Source: Thermoplasmatota archaeon (GTDB taxonomy: Archaea; Thermoplasmatota; Penumbrarchaeia; Penumbrarchaeales; Penumbrarchaeaceae). From it: a DNA stretch of 53,992 nucleotides. The notes under the pieces are model-generated. The model was given only the letters and a program-made list of their open reading frames with translations. It was not told the origin of the DNA and searched no databases. Positions 10,293-19,511 of this stretch are shown here, in pieces (position 1 is the stretch's first letter; each line of letters begins with the position of its first letter). The translations under genes were made by a program, and so were the position numbers. The stretch is taken from NCBI GenBank assembly GCA_029762535.1, contig JARVGK010000021.1:1-53992 (forward strand). The letters are read 5' to 3'.

Positions 10293-11651
10293 GGCGCCGA
10301 TAGCTTCCGAGAGATCGTTACTGAACCTTTCCGACAGCCTTTTTAACGAGATATCATCCCTTGCCTCGGCGGTCAGTCTGATAGAAGGGGAAGTGTTCGA
10401 ACAGCGTATCAACGCCCAGCCCTCATCGAGGTCCACCCGAACCCCGTCCATCGTTGAGACGTTCTCGAACTCAGCGAGATATCTCTCCCTCAAACCCTCC
10501 ACCACCTTGAATTTCACAGCATCGTCACATCCCATCGCTTCGGAGTGTGAAAGATATTGAGGTATCTTATCGACCAGAGAGGAAAGGGGCACATCCCCAG
10601 AGGACAGGATCCTCAGTAGCTCGATGGGCGCTGTAATGGCATCGTCGAAGAGGACGTAACCTGGGATGATGAGATGTCCGGACTTCTCTATCCCGAACAG
10701 GGCGCCCCTGAGCTTCGCCTCCAGTGTCAGGAACGTATGCCCGACCTTGATCCGGGTCACCTTCGCACCAAGGGGCACCAGGACATCCTCCAGGGCCATG
10801 GAGGATTCGACGTTGGCGAGCACCTCTCCTGCGCCTTTTTCCTTTACAAGATGCGCGGCGATGAGCGCCCCCAATCTGTCCGACGAGAGGAACCTCCCCT
10901 TATCGTCGACGACCACGGCCCTGTCGCCGTCACCGTCGAAGGCGACGCCGAAGGACAGACCCTCATCCACCACGGCATCCCTCAATCCTGTCAGGGCCTC
11001 GGGCCTCGGCTCGGATCCCCTTGAGGAGAAAGTAGGGTCCACATCGCAGTTCACATCGATATGCTCTAAACCAAGGGCATCGAAGAGGGCGGGGGCCGAA
11101 AGGCACATCGCACCTCCGCCGCAATCTATACCAATTCCCTTGGATCCATCCATACGACCAACCGCCCTCTTCCAGAAATCAATGTATCTATCCAGGTAAT
11201 CGACGGATGAATACCGACCCGCATCCTTCCATCCTTCGATCGAGAACCTCCTTTCCATGGACCTCGAGCCGATCGATCGGATATGCTCCTCTGGAAAACC
11301 GACGCCGTCCCCGTAATAGAGCTTGATGCCGTTCCATTCCGGCTCGAGATGCGATGCGGTGATGTAGATCGAGGCGTCGTATCCCTCCAGATAGCCGGCC
11401 ATCATCGTGGTCCCGAAGGAGGACATGCCCGTCGAGAGCACATCGACCCCCGATGACAATAACCCACTGAAGATGCATCCGTGCATTACGGGGGAAGTGG
11501 TCCTCACATCATGACCTATCACCACTCTTCTCAGGCCCAGGTCCTGCTTAAGGAAGGCCCCGATCCCGCATCCTATATCAACGGCCTTGAATGTATCGAT
11601 GTCCTTGTTCCACACGCCCCTGATGTCGTAGGCCCGGAAAATGTGCTTCAT
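10287..11651 (-). CDS. Phosphoglucomutase/phosphomannomutase family (alpha-D-phosphohexomutase)
   Basis: IFRAYDIRG, ITASHL (catalytic Ser), FDGDGDR, EKSGH, RCSNTSP. Confidence 0.95.
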   Translation of the reverse strand: MKHIFRAYDIRGVWNKDIDTFKAVDIGCGIGAFLKQDLGLRRVVIGHDVRTTSPVMHGCIFSGLLSSGVDVLSTGMSSFGTTMMAGYLEGYDASIYITASHLEPEWNGIKLYYGDGVGFPEEHIRSIGSRSMERRFSIEGWKDAGRYSSVDYLDRYIDFWKRAVGRMDGSKGIGIDCGGGAMCLSAPALFDALGLEHIDVNCDVDPTFSSRGSEPRPEALTGLRDAVVDEGLSFGVAFDGDGDRAVVVDDKGRFLSSDRLGALIAAHLVKEKGAGEVLANVESSMALEDVLVPLGAKVTRIKVGHTFLTLEAKLRGALFGIEKSGHLIIPGYVLFDDAITAPIELLRILSSGDVPLSSLVDKIPQYLSHSEAMGCDDAVKFKVVEGLRERYLAEFENVSTMDGVRVDLDEGWALIRCSNTSPSIRLTAEARDDISLKRLSERFSNDLSEAIGAS

Positions 11652-11744
11652 GTCGGATCTCCGAATCCGAGAATGCGATATCGGATATTACACTTACCCG
11701 AGGGCATAGATGATTTGAAATATCTATTCGCTCTATTTCCAAAC

Positions 11745-13046
11745 ATGTCAGAGGAATACCCCGTTCTGCAGGTAGCGCTCGATCAGATGCAGATGAAAAG
11801 GGCTTTGAAGATATGCGAAGAAGCTGTCAATGGCGGAGCCGACTGGATAGAGGTGGGAACGCCTCTCCTGAAAAGCGAGGGAATGGAGGCCATTAGGAAG
11901 CTTAGAACGCAGTATCCTTCCCGCGTGATAATCGCCGACATGAAGACAATGGACACGGGTTCGTTCGAAACGGAGATGGCCGCGCGCGCAGGGGCGAACG
12001 TGAACACGATCATGGGCGTGGCGGACGACGGTACCATACTCGAAGCGGTGAGGGCGGGAAGGAAATACGGATGCAGGATAATGGTCGACCTTTTGGGAGT
12101 CAAGGACAAAACGGAGAGGGCCAAGGAGGTGGAGGCGATGGGTGTTGATCTTTTGTGCATACACGTTTCCATAGACGATCAGATGGAGGGTAGGTCGTTC
12201 ACGAGCGACCTTGAGGACCTGATAGAGGCGACCTCCCTTCCCATAGCGGTAGCCGGCGGGATCACCTCCGAGAAGGCAGCGGAACTGGTCAGGTCGGGGG
12301 CCTCCGTAATAATCGTGGGAGGGGCGATAACCAAGAGTCCCGATGTAACATCCGCAGCAAAGGGGATCAAAGAGGCGATACAACTCAAGGAGGTCAAACC
12401 GTCGGAGAGGTATCGCAGGTACAACGATACCGAGGGTATAAGGAAGGCCCTGATAGAGGTATCAGCTCCGAACGTTGCCGATGCCATGCATCACAAGGGT
12501 GCGATGTGCGGCATCAGGCCCCTCAAGCCGGGCCTGAAATGCGTAGGGCCCGCTTTCACATGCAGGACCATTGATGGGGATTGGGCCAAAACGGTCGAGG
12601 CCATAGAGAAGGCCGCGGAAGGCGATGTCATAGTCATCGACGCGGGATCACGCAACATATCCCCTTGGGGAGAGCTTGCGACATGGTCCTGCAAGATGAA
12701 GGGGATATCAGGCGTTGTACTGGACGGAGCGGCCAGGGACGTCGATGATATAATGAGTATGGGTTTTCCCGTTTTCTCGAGATCGATCTCGCCGCATGCC
12801 GGCGAACCAAAAGGTTTCGGCGAGCTACAGGTGGAGATAGTCTGCGGGGGCATGGAAGTTAGACCTGGTGATTGGATCATCGCCGACGATTCGGGGATAG
12901 TAGTGATCCCGAGGGATAGGGCCGCGGAGATATCCAACCGCGCCCTGGACGTCAAGGAGAGAGAGAGCCGGATCAGGGAAGAGATCCAGAGGGGATCAAC
13001 CCTCTCCGAGGTGTTGGAGCTCGAGAAATGGGAGAAGGTCCAATGA
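11745..13046 (+). CDS. hxlA: 3-hexulose-6-phosphate synthase fused to an RraA/HMG-aldolase-like domain
   Basis: LQVALD, DWIEVGTPL, ADMKTMDTG (HPS); WGELAT...GVVLDGAARDV...VRPGDWIIADDSGIVVIP (RraA-like). Start trimmed to ATG 11745. Confidence 0.9.
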   Translation: MSEEYPVLQVALDQMQMKRALKICEEAVNGGADWIEVGTPLLKSEGMEAIRKLRTQYPSRVIIADMKTMDTGSFETEMAARAGANVNTIMGVADDGTILEAVRAGRKYGCRIMVDLLGVKDKTERAKEVEAMGVDLLCIHVSIDDQMEGRSFTSDLEDLIEATSLPIAVAGGITSEKAAELVRSGASVIIVGGAITKSPDVTSAAKGIKEAIQLKEVKPSERYRRYNDTEGIRKALIEVSAPNVADAMHHKGAMCGIRPLKPGLKCVGPAFTCRTIDGDWAKTVEAIEKAAEGDVIVIDAGSRNISPWGELATWSCKMKGISGVVLDGAARDVDDIMSMGFPVFSRSISPHAGEPKGFGELQVEIVCGGMEVRPGDWIIADDSGIVVIPRDRAAEISNRALDVKERESRIREEIQRGSTLSEVLELEKWEKVQ

Positions 13047-14192
13047 TCATATCCTTTCAAGTACCCTGTTCAGAACGGGGACGAGGCGGTCTATGGCCTC
13101 TTTCGTGACATGAGGCATCACGACGAACCTCAGAGCGGGCGGGTCCTTCACGGTGGAAATGAAATATCCCTGCTTCCTCATCATGGAATCGACCATGATG
13201 GGCTTTGAATGATGGAACGCCACAACGTTCATTACAGGGTCCACGACCCTCTCAAGGCCCGACTCCTTCAATCTTATCCCCAGGTAACGGGTGTTGTCCA
13301 TGCATTCCTTCACTATCCTGCGGTAACCCTGAGACCCGAGATGCCGCATTACGGCCCAGGTCGCTGCGACCGCACCGGAACCCCTGGTTCCGGCCAGTGT
13401 GAAAGACATTGGGCTCGTCAGGTAATGGCTCTCAACCTTGAGCGCGTCCAACGCATCTCTGTTCCTGTACATTATGCATCCCGAGGGTATGGTCGACAGG
13501 CCCATCTTGTGCGGGTCCACGGTCATGGTCCCCAGGCCTCCGACCCTGAAATCCCAGGCCCCGACATCATGCGTTCTCAGATGCTCAGGGTCGAGGAATG
13601 GAAGGACGAAGCCTCCGAAAGCCGCATCGACATGGAGTCGGGTCCCGTGAGCTGTGCGGGAAACGGTCTCTATGTCATCGACGGTTCCGAGCTCGGTGCT
13701 GCCTGCCACGGCGTGGACCAGCATTACGTCATCGTCGATGACCTCCCTGAGCTGCACCGTGTCCATTCTGTAGCGATCATCGAGGGCGATCTCCACAGGT
13801 TCTAGGTCCAGCAGCTTGATCGCCTTGAGGACGGAGAAATGAGCGTTCTTCGAGAAGACCACTTTTCTTCTTCCGGTCGATTTCTTCGCCATGTACATCG
13901 CAGTGATATTGGCCTCCGTTCCCCCGGAGAGCACTCGACCATAAGGAGGTTCGAGACAAAGCATGCCCCCGAGCATCGATATTACATCCCGTTCGAGGTC
14001 CACCGTCCCGGGGCACAGACCGGGGTTTCCGAGGTTGGATTCATGGAACAGCGTATGTGCCTCCAAGGCTATGGGGTGGGGGGCCGTACACATGGAACCG
14101 AATATCCTGCCGCTGTTGAAGGAGATGTCCTTGGCCTTGCTCCTTCTCAGATCATTAAGGACATCCGACCTTTCCTTGGACCCTTTGATCAT
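13047..14192 (-). CDS. mfnA: L-tyrosine/L-aspartate decarboxylase (PLP, group II)
   Basis: IFGSMCT, NLGNPGL, SGGTEAN, HVDAAFGG, DPHKMG. Confidence 0.92.
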   Translation of the reverse strand: MIKGSKERSDVLNDLRRSKAKDISFNSGRIFGSMCTAPHPIALEAHTLFHESNLGNPGLCPGTVDLERDVISMLGGMLCLEPPYGRVLSGGTEANITAMYMAKKSTGRRKVVFSKNAHFSVLKAIKLLDLEPVEIALDDRYRMDTVQLREVIDDDVMLVHAVAGSTELGTVDDIETVSRTAHGTRLHVDAAFGGFVLPFLDPEHLRTHDVGAWDFRVGGLGTMTVDPHKMGLSTIPSGCIMYRNRDALDALKVESHYLTSPMSFTLAGTRGSGAVAATWAVMRHLGSQGYRRIVKECMDNTRYLGIRLKESGLERVVDPVMNVVAFHHSKPIMVDSMMRKQGYFISTVKDPPALRFVVMPHVTKEAIDRLVPVLNRVLERI

Positions 14193-14296
14193 CTATCGGC
14201 ACCCTCGACGGTCATGGTACGTCCATGTCTCCCGGCGATATAACTATTGCCTATAGCGAATTGGAGCTTTACTTTGGGATAATTATCACACAAATG

Positions 14297-14304
14297 TTAT
14301 ATAT
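14297..14304 (+). promoter_or_regulatory. Putative archaeal TATA box for the KaiC-like operon
   Basis: TTATATAT in the AT-rich divergent spacer between mfnA and the gene at 14350. Confidence 0.5.
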
Positions 14305-14349
14305 CCTGTCCTCAACTAATGATGAACCCGGTATCGCGAGTGAGGGATC

Positions 14350-14829
14350 ATGTACGCCAGATCGAGGTCCAGACATTCGTCGGAAACTTCAAAGACCGAC
14401 AGGATAGCCGGATTGTTCACCTCCCAACCTTTCAGGGTATTCACTCCCAAAGAACTATCTGTCGAATTGGGGATGAAACTTCAGTTGGTCACGACGATAG
14501 TCAACAGGCTGAAGGACGAAGGGCTCATTGAAAGGGTCGGTTGGGGCAAGTACAGGTTGAGGACCGACGCGTCTTTCGACCGGGAGACAGTTGAAGGGGT
14601 CATGAGGGATTTCCTGCATCTGTCATCAGAGGTGCTTGGGTCAGACATCGATGCGACAGGGATCGAAGGAGATGACATGATAACCCCTCTTATCGACACA
14701 TACGAGAGGATCAAGGACCTCGCCGGAGAATCGTTCTCGGCGAACATACTTCGGATCTGTGTGAACAAGAGGATGGAGGGGGATCAGGCAAGGGTATTCA
14801 TAAGGCTGGTGGCGGGGGTGATGGGGTGA
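14350..14829 (+). CDS. Winged-helix HTH protein with C-terminal helical domain
   Basis: FTPKELSVELGMKLQLVTTIVNRLKDEGLIERVGWGKYRL is a wHTH pattern; first gene of an overlapping run. Confidence 0.75.
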   Translation: MYARSRSRHSSETSKTDRIAGLFTSQPFRVFTPKELSVELGMKLQLVTTIVNRLKDEGLIERVGWGKYRLRTDASFDRETVEGVMRDFLHLSSEVLGSDIDATGIEGDDMITPLIDTYERIKDLAGESFSANILRICVNKRMEGDQARVFIRLVAGVMG

Positions 14830-15134
14830 TCCCTCCTGAGATCGGCCTTCCGGATCAGGTCAAGATAAAATATCCTGACCTTTTGGACCATTACGAGAAG
14901 AACCTTCAAAGGTGGATCGGATGCCTCTCATCCTTCATAGTCAGGAAACAGTACGAGAGGCTCAGGGGAAAGGGGAGGAACGACCTTGACAGGGACAAGG
15001 CGGGAATACTACTCGACATGGTATCTCAGGAGGCGTCTCTGCTCATCGGGGATGTTCAGGCCCGGGAACTGAAGAGATCCCTCATCGAGGTTACCGAGGA
15101 ATATTTCAGGAAAGGTGATGAAGTTGAAGGATAG
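14826..15134 (+). CDS. Small alpha-helical hypothetical protein
   Basis: GTGA overlap with the upstream gene; WIGCLSSFIVRKQ...SLLIGDVQARELK. Confidence 0.7.
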   Translation: MIPPEIGLPDQVKIKYPDLLDHYEKNLQRWIGCLSSFIVRKQYERLRGKGRNDLDRDKAGILLDMVSQEASLLIGDVQARELKRSLIEVTEEYFRKGDEVEG

Positions 15135-15843
15135 GGTGACTACCTACATACCCGGGTTGGATGAACTGATAGAGAACGGCTTCCCCAGAGCGACCATAAA
15201 TCTTCTGTCCGGACCTCCCGGTTCGGCCAAGTCGCTCTTCGGACTGCAGTATGTATATAACGGCGCGAAATACGCCAATGAACCGGGGATATACATGTCC
15301 CTTGAGGAGAGCAGGTCCAACCTCATGAGGGCAGCCTCCGCGTACGGCATGGACCTGGAATCCATGGAGCAGGCCGGAAAGCTCTTCATAGTCGATCTCG
15401 GCAAGATGAGAATGGAGAGCTCATCGATCGAGGAACTGGACTGGAGCCTCGTGTCCTTCGAGACCCTGCAGGATTTCCTGAAGAACCATCTGAACTTCAG
15501 CAAGGCGAAGCGCCTTGTCCTGGACTCGATAACCGCGGCGGGAATATACTACTCGAACAACGAGCAGATGCGCAGGGAACTGTTCAGGTTCTCAAGGTTC
15601 CTGAGGGACTCGGACATCACCTCGGTGATAATCTCCGAGACCCTGGAAGGGCGCGAATCCAGATATGGTATAGAGGAGTTCATAGCGGATTCCTTCCTGA
15701 GGCTGGACTATGAAAGCACTTCGGGAGAATACAGGAGGACCCTTACGGTCCGGAAGATGCGTTTCACCAAGCACGACCCTCTCAAGCACCCGTTCCTGAT
15801 AATGGATGGCGGGATCGAGGTATCCCCTGACGAGGTTATTTGA
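15115..15843 (+). CDS. KaiC/RAD55-family ATPase, single domain
   Basis: TYIPGLDELIENGFP, Walker A GPPGSAKS, SLEES, Walker B LVLDS, VRKMR. Confidence 0.92.
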   Translation: MMKLKDRVTTYIPGLDELIENGFPRATINLLSGPPGSAKSLFGLQYVYNGAKYANEPGIYMSLEESRSNLMRAASAYGMDLESMEQAGKLFIVDLGKMRMESSSIEELDWSLVSFETLQDFLKNHLNFSKAKRLVLDSITAAGIYYSNNEQMRRELFRFSRFLRDSDITSVIISETLEGRESRYGIEEFIADSFLRLDYESTSGEYRRTLTVRKMRFTKHDPLKHPFLIMDGGIEVSPDEVI

Positions 15844-17792
15844 AAGGAGCGTTGGACTTGAGCGATGTGGCGGTCTATACAGAACTCGTTGAGGAGTTCC
15901 TTCGGATGATGACCGGCCCGGAGGCCCGTCAGTTCCGACTGGAGATCACCACGTTCAGGATAATATTGGACAGGACCGCCAAAACCAACGCACCGTTGAT
16001 GAACCTATCGATCGCGGACAACGGTTGCCTCATGAGCGAGATGAGGGATGACCCAGAATCTATTCAGGCCCTATCCACATACCTGCTCAAATCCATCGAG
16101 TTCGTCTCCTCACTCGTAGGTGAGGAGGTGGCCTGGGACATAGTGAAACAGTTCGTGACCAAGAACTCCAACTTCATCAACGAGAAGATAATCCAAAGGA
16201 ACAGGATCATGGCCTCCCTTCCCAATCCCTTCAGGGACGTGATCAATGAGCATAGGGGATCTATGAAAAGGGGAGGGGGGCACCAGGAGATAATAGACAG
16301 GTTCACATCCGTATTCAACACATATCTCAAGGACCTCAGCCGCCATACGGACCTCTCAGCCTTCAAATTGAAGCTGGGGATACTCAGGGAGCAGCACAGG
16401 CTGCTCAAATCGATGACCCTTCGGAAGAACAACACCATCGAGATAGACCCCACCCAGTGGATGATGGCCTCCGATGAGGAGGTGGGAGAGGCCCTATCGG
16501 CATCTTTCAATTCGCTAATAGGCCTATCGACCTTCCTCATGGGCAAGGACGAGGCGACGAGGAAAGGTGTGCAGATATTCCTCGAGAACTTCGAGGGCCG
16601 AGATGCACTATTGTCCCGATACACTCTGATGGATAACATACTGGAAGGGGCCTTGAGGCACAAGGTCACTACCGGATCCCAGGGATTGGACCGAAGGATG
16701 AAAGGGGGCATCCCCAAGGGTGCAGCGATACTTTTCATCACCCCTTCCGGCGTCGAGAGGGACGCCTTCATCTCGAGGATGGCCAAGGAGACACTTTGGC
16801 GCAACGGGTCCCTGATATATATCTCATCACGAGACCCCCCCAAGTCCTTCCGTACGGTGATGAGGGGTTTGGACGTCGATTGTGAGGTTCTCGAGGAGGC
16901 GGGAAGGCTCAGGATAGTGGATTGGTTCTCGTGGAGGAAGGAGAGGATCATAGGCGTCGAGAGGGACGGATACTGCCTCAAGTCCTCCAAGATACTATCC
17001 AATCTCGGTATAGCCATAAACAAGGCCATCAGGGAGGTCGAGTACTCGTCCGTTCAACTCGCAGTGGTACACATTATATCCTCGGCGATAAACATATTCG
17101 ATTTCCAGATGGTATACAATTTCATACAGCGGCTGCGGGCGAAGTTCAAGGAGGAGGGCATGGCCTCGCTGTTCATAATAGACAGGGATACGATGGAGAC
17201 CGAGAATCTCAACAAGATCAGGGAGGTCTTCGACGGTATCATCGAGATCAAACGGACAGAGAAGGACGGGGAGATCCTCCGGGAGATATCGCTGCATTCA
17301 CTTTCAACGGTGGATTTCGACCACAGACCCCTCAGGATCGAGATAGAGAACAACACGATCATGGAGCACGATGATTTCCATGAGGAGAGTGCAAAACAGC
17401 CCTTGGAGCCGCCCCGTCCAAGATCAGGCGCTTCTGCCCCGATCGTGGAGTTCGACGAGGATGAGACCATAGCGGAAGTGAAGGATCGAGATAGGTCACT
17501 CACGAAAAAGGAAAGGCCTCCGTTAGTGGATAGAACTGATATGGGATCGGACAAAAAGGTAATTCTTGTCCCTCCAGTGAAGGTCACTCCCAAGGCTCTC
17601 AGGAAGGTCACGAAGCGTGGTGAGAAGATTCCGGTCAAGGTAGCACCTTCCATCAGAAGGACCGTGGTAAAGGCCGGATCGGCGGAGCTTATCAACGATA
17701 CCATTTCCACGATCGATGAGATCCTCGGGATCGAATCGAACCGTAGAAACACCAAGGCACGGCCTATCAGGGTCAGAAAGAAGATCGGATAG
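15840..17792 (+). CDS. Helical-repeat protein fused to a degenerate KaiC/RAD55 domain and a charged tail
   Basis: VTTGSQGLDRRMKGGIPKG retained. Walker A replaced by TPSGVERD, Walker B Asp replaced by His, KMR absent. TTGA overlap with upstream gene. Confidence 0.85.
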   Translation: MKGALDLSDVAVYTELVEEFLRMMTGPEARQFRLEITTFRIILDRTAKTNAPLMNLSIADNGCLMSEMRDDPESIQALSTYLLKSIEFVSSLVGEEVAWDIVKQFVTKNSNFINEKIIQRNRIMASLPNPFRDVINEHRGSMKRGGGHQEIIDRFTSVFNTYLKDLSRHTDLSAFKLKLGILREQHRLLKSMTLRKNNTIEIDPTQWMMASDEEVGEALSASFNSLIGLSTFLMGKDEATRKGVQIFLENFEGRDALLSRYTLMDNILEGALRHKVTTGSQGLDRRMKGGIPKGAAILFITPSGVERDAFISRMAKETLWRNGSLIYISSRDPPKSFRTVMRGLDVDCEVLEEAGRLRIVDWFSWRKERIIGVERDGYCLKSSKILSNLGIAINKAIREVEYSSVQLAVVHIISSAINIFDFQMVYNFIQRLRAKFKEEGMASLFIIDRDTMETENLNKIREVFDGIIEIKRTEKDGEILREISLHSLSTVDFDHRPLRIEIENNTIMEHDDFHEESAKQPLEPPRPRSGASAPIVEFDEDETIAEVKDRDRSLTKKERPPLVDRTDMGSDKKVILVPPVKVTPKALRKVTKRGEKIPVKVAPSIRRTVVKAGSAELINDTISTIDEILGIESNRRNTKARPIRVRKKIG

Positions 17793-17828
17793 CTCCTGTC
17801 GGATACGAAGGACTGAGGTGATGAAGAG

Positions 17829-18308
17829 TTGAACGAGAAGAATGGGGTCGGCGAATGCTCGGGCAGGATGGAGCATATCGGCAGACAGCTCATGGTGGAT
17901 TGCTCCAAATGTTCGGGGCCCGCAAGGTTGGAGGAAAGACGATGCTTCATGGGCCTTTCTTCAAGGCTGCTTCCAGGATTCACTGGTGAGATCATACTCA
18001 GGTCCTTATCCGACCGGAGATATGCGGGGGGGATCGTAGATGCTTTGCCGGCATCTTCCGAGATATTGGACACGATCGATTCATTGGGCAAGGAGGGAAA
18101 GAGAGGGGCCGGCGGGAGGCTGGAGCGATCGCGATCATCAGTGAGGGCCTCCTACTCGAAGGACCCAGCCTCGTTGCTCCTGCCACATGGACCCCTTGTC
18201 GATATGAGCAGGGCATTCAGCGCCTCCGGGAACGAAGAGGGCCTCCAGGATATCGAACGGTTGAAAGAGAGGGTCCGGCGCATGATCGGGCGTTTGGATG
18301 GGGGGTAG
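17829..18308 (+). CDS. Hypothetical Cys-motif protein (VDCSKC...C)
   Basis: GAGGTGA RBS before TTG; CxxC-x10-C motif. Confidence 0.65.
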   Translation: MNEKNGVGECSGRMEHIGRQLMVDCSKCSGPARLEERRCFMGLSSRLLPGFTGEIILRSLSDRRYAGGIVDALPASSEILDTIDSLGKEGKRGAGGRLERSRSSVRASYSKDPASLLLPHGPLVDMSRAFSASGNEEGLQDIERLKERVRRMIGRLDGG

Positions 18309-18352
18309 CCCTTTTCGCAAGGGTTTATTACGTTCAAGGCAATGAAGGTCCC

Positions 18353-19345
18353 ATGAGGCCTCCGGTACCTGATGACTCGATGATAGTGCTGTCGGAGGAC
18401 AGGACCGATCCGGCCTTCGGCCGCCCGCCTCTCGAGAGGGGGGTGGCGGAGCTGTTCCAGAAAGGCGCTGTCCTGCTGGACAAAACCCGCGGTCCAACCA
18501 GCCATCAGGTGGTATCATGGTTGAAGAAGGTCCTTGACGTGGAAAAAGCCGGTCATCTCGGCACCCTGGACCCCAAGACCACGGGCGTTCTTCCCGTGGC
18601 ATTGGGGAACGCTGTGAGATCGCTGCAGGTGACTCTCGAGGAGGGAAAGGAATACGTGGCGGTGATGCAGCTGCACGGGGACCTGAAAGAGGATGCCGTT
18701 CGCAGCATAGCATCGGAGTTCACGGGTGAGATATATCAGCTTGTTCCCGTCAGAGCCGCGGTGAAGAGGGGATTGAGGACCAGACACATCGAATACCTCA
18801 AGGTGCTGGAAAAGAGCGGAAGACAGGTCCTTTTGCTTATCGGATGCGAATCGGGGACCTACATTCGAACCCTCATCCATGACCTGGGGGAGGTCTTGGG
18901 AACGGGCGCCCATATGGCAGAGCTGCGCAGGACCAGGTCCGGTTGCATAGATGAATCGATGTGCTGCACCCTTCAGCAGTTGAAGGACGCTTACGAGATA
19001 TTCAGGAAGGAGGGGGACGAGCGCCCCCTCAGGGAAGTGGTCCATCCCGTAGAGGTCCTGATGGAGAGGACGCCTCATATCTATATAAAGGACAGCAGCG
19101 TGGACGCGATATGCCACGGGGCCCCGCTCGGGATGCCGGGGATCTCCATGCTCCACAGGAGTTTGAAAAAAGACGGAGTCTGCATCATATCCACCCTGAA
19201 AGGCGAGGCCGTTGCCCTGGCCCGCGCCGAGATGGATGGTAAGGACATGGCCAACCGCAGGGAGGGCGTCGCCGCAACGATAACCAGGGTGCTGATGGAC
19301 ACAGGAGTTTATCCCCGGTCCTGGAAGCGGCGGTCCAAGCAGTAG
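18353..19345 (+). CDS. cbf5: H/ACA RNA-guided pseudouridine synthase Cbf5
   Basis: DKTRGPTSHQV, GHLGTLDP, CESGTYIR, MAELRRTRSG, C-terminal PUA domain. Confidence 0.96.
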   Translation: MRPPVPDDSMIVLSEDRTDPAFGRPPLERGVAELFQKGAVLLDKTRGPTSHQVVSWLKKVLDVEKAGHLGTLDPKTTGVLPVALGNAVRSLQVTLEEGKEYVAVMQLHGDLKEDAVRSIASEFTGEIYQLVPVRAAVKRGLRTRHIEYLKVLEKSGRQVLLLIGCESGTYIRTLIHDLGEVLGTGAHMAELRRTRSGCIDESMCCTLQQLKDAYEIFRKEGDERPLREVVHPVEVLMERTPHIYIKDSSVDAICHGAPLGMPGISMLHRSLKKDGVCIISTLKGEAVALARAEMDGKDMANRREGVAATITRVLMDTGVYPRSWKRRSKQ

Positions 19346-19511
19346 CAGGATTCATAGCATTTAAATACCTGCGTCATTTTGGTTCTCCATAGTATTTATA
19401 TGCTCAACCTCGTTGTGGGCATGTTAGATGAAGGTAAGGTCTGGCGGCCCAGTAATCTAATATAGTGGTCGAGACATTTACCGCAACGATCCGTAAAGGA
19501 GGCAAAGACCG

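Noticed and set aside
13047-14192. mfnA and HPS as evidence of methanogenesis
   Set aside because: Both occur in non-methanogens (beta-alanine and pentose synthesis); no methanogenesis genes in the window.
15115-17792. Cyanobacterial-type circadian clock
   Set aside because: Single-domain KaiC without the Ser/Thr phosphosites and no kaiA/kaiB.
16064-18091. Long antisense ORFs (also 20690-21688, 22400-23446, 46560-47552 and others)
   Set aside because: Shadow frames of strongly supported genes with no motifs of their own.
19395-19480. Possible H/ACA guide RNA after cbf5 (TGTTAGAT/ATCTAATA and CTGG/CCAG stems)
   Set aside because: Internal loop is very asymmetric (11 vs 2 nt), with no clear K-turn and no ACA adjacent to the stem.
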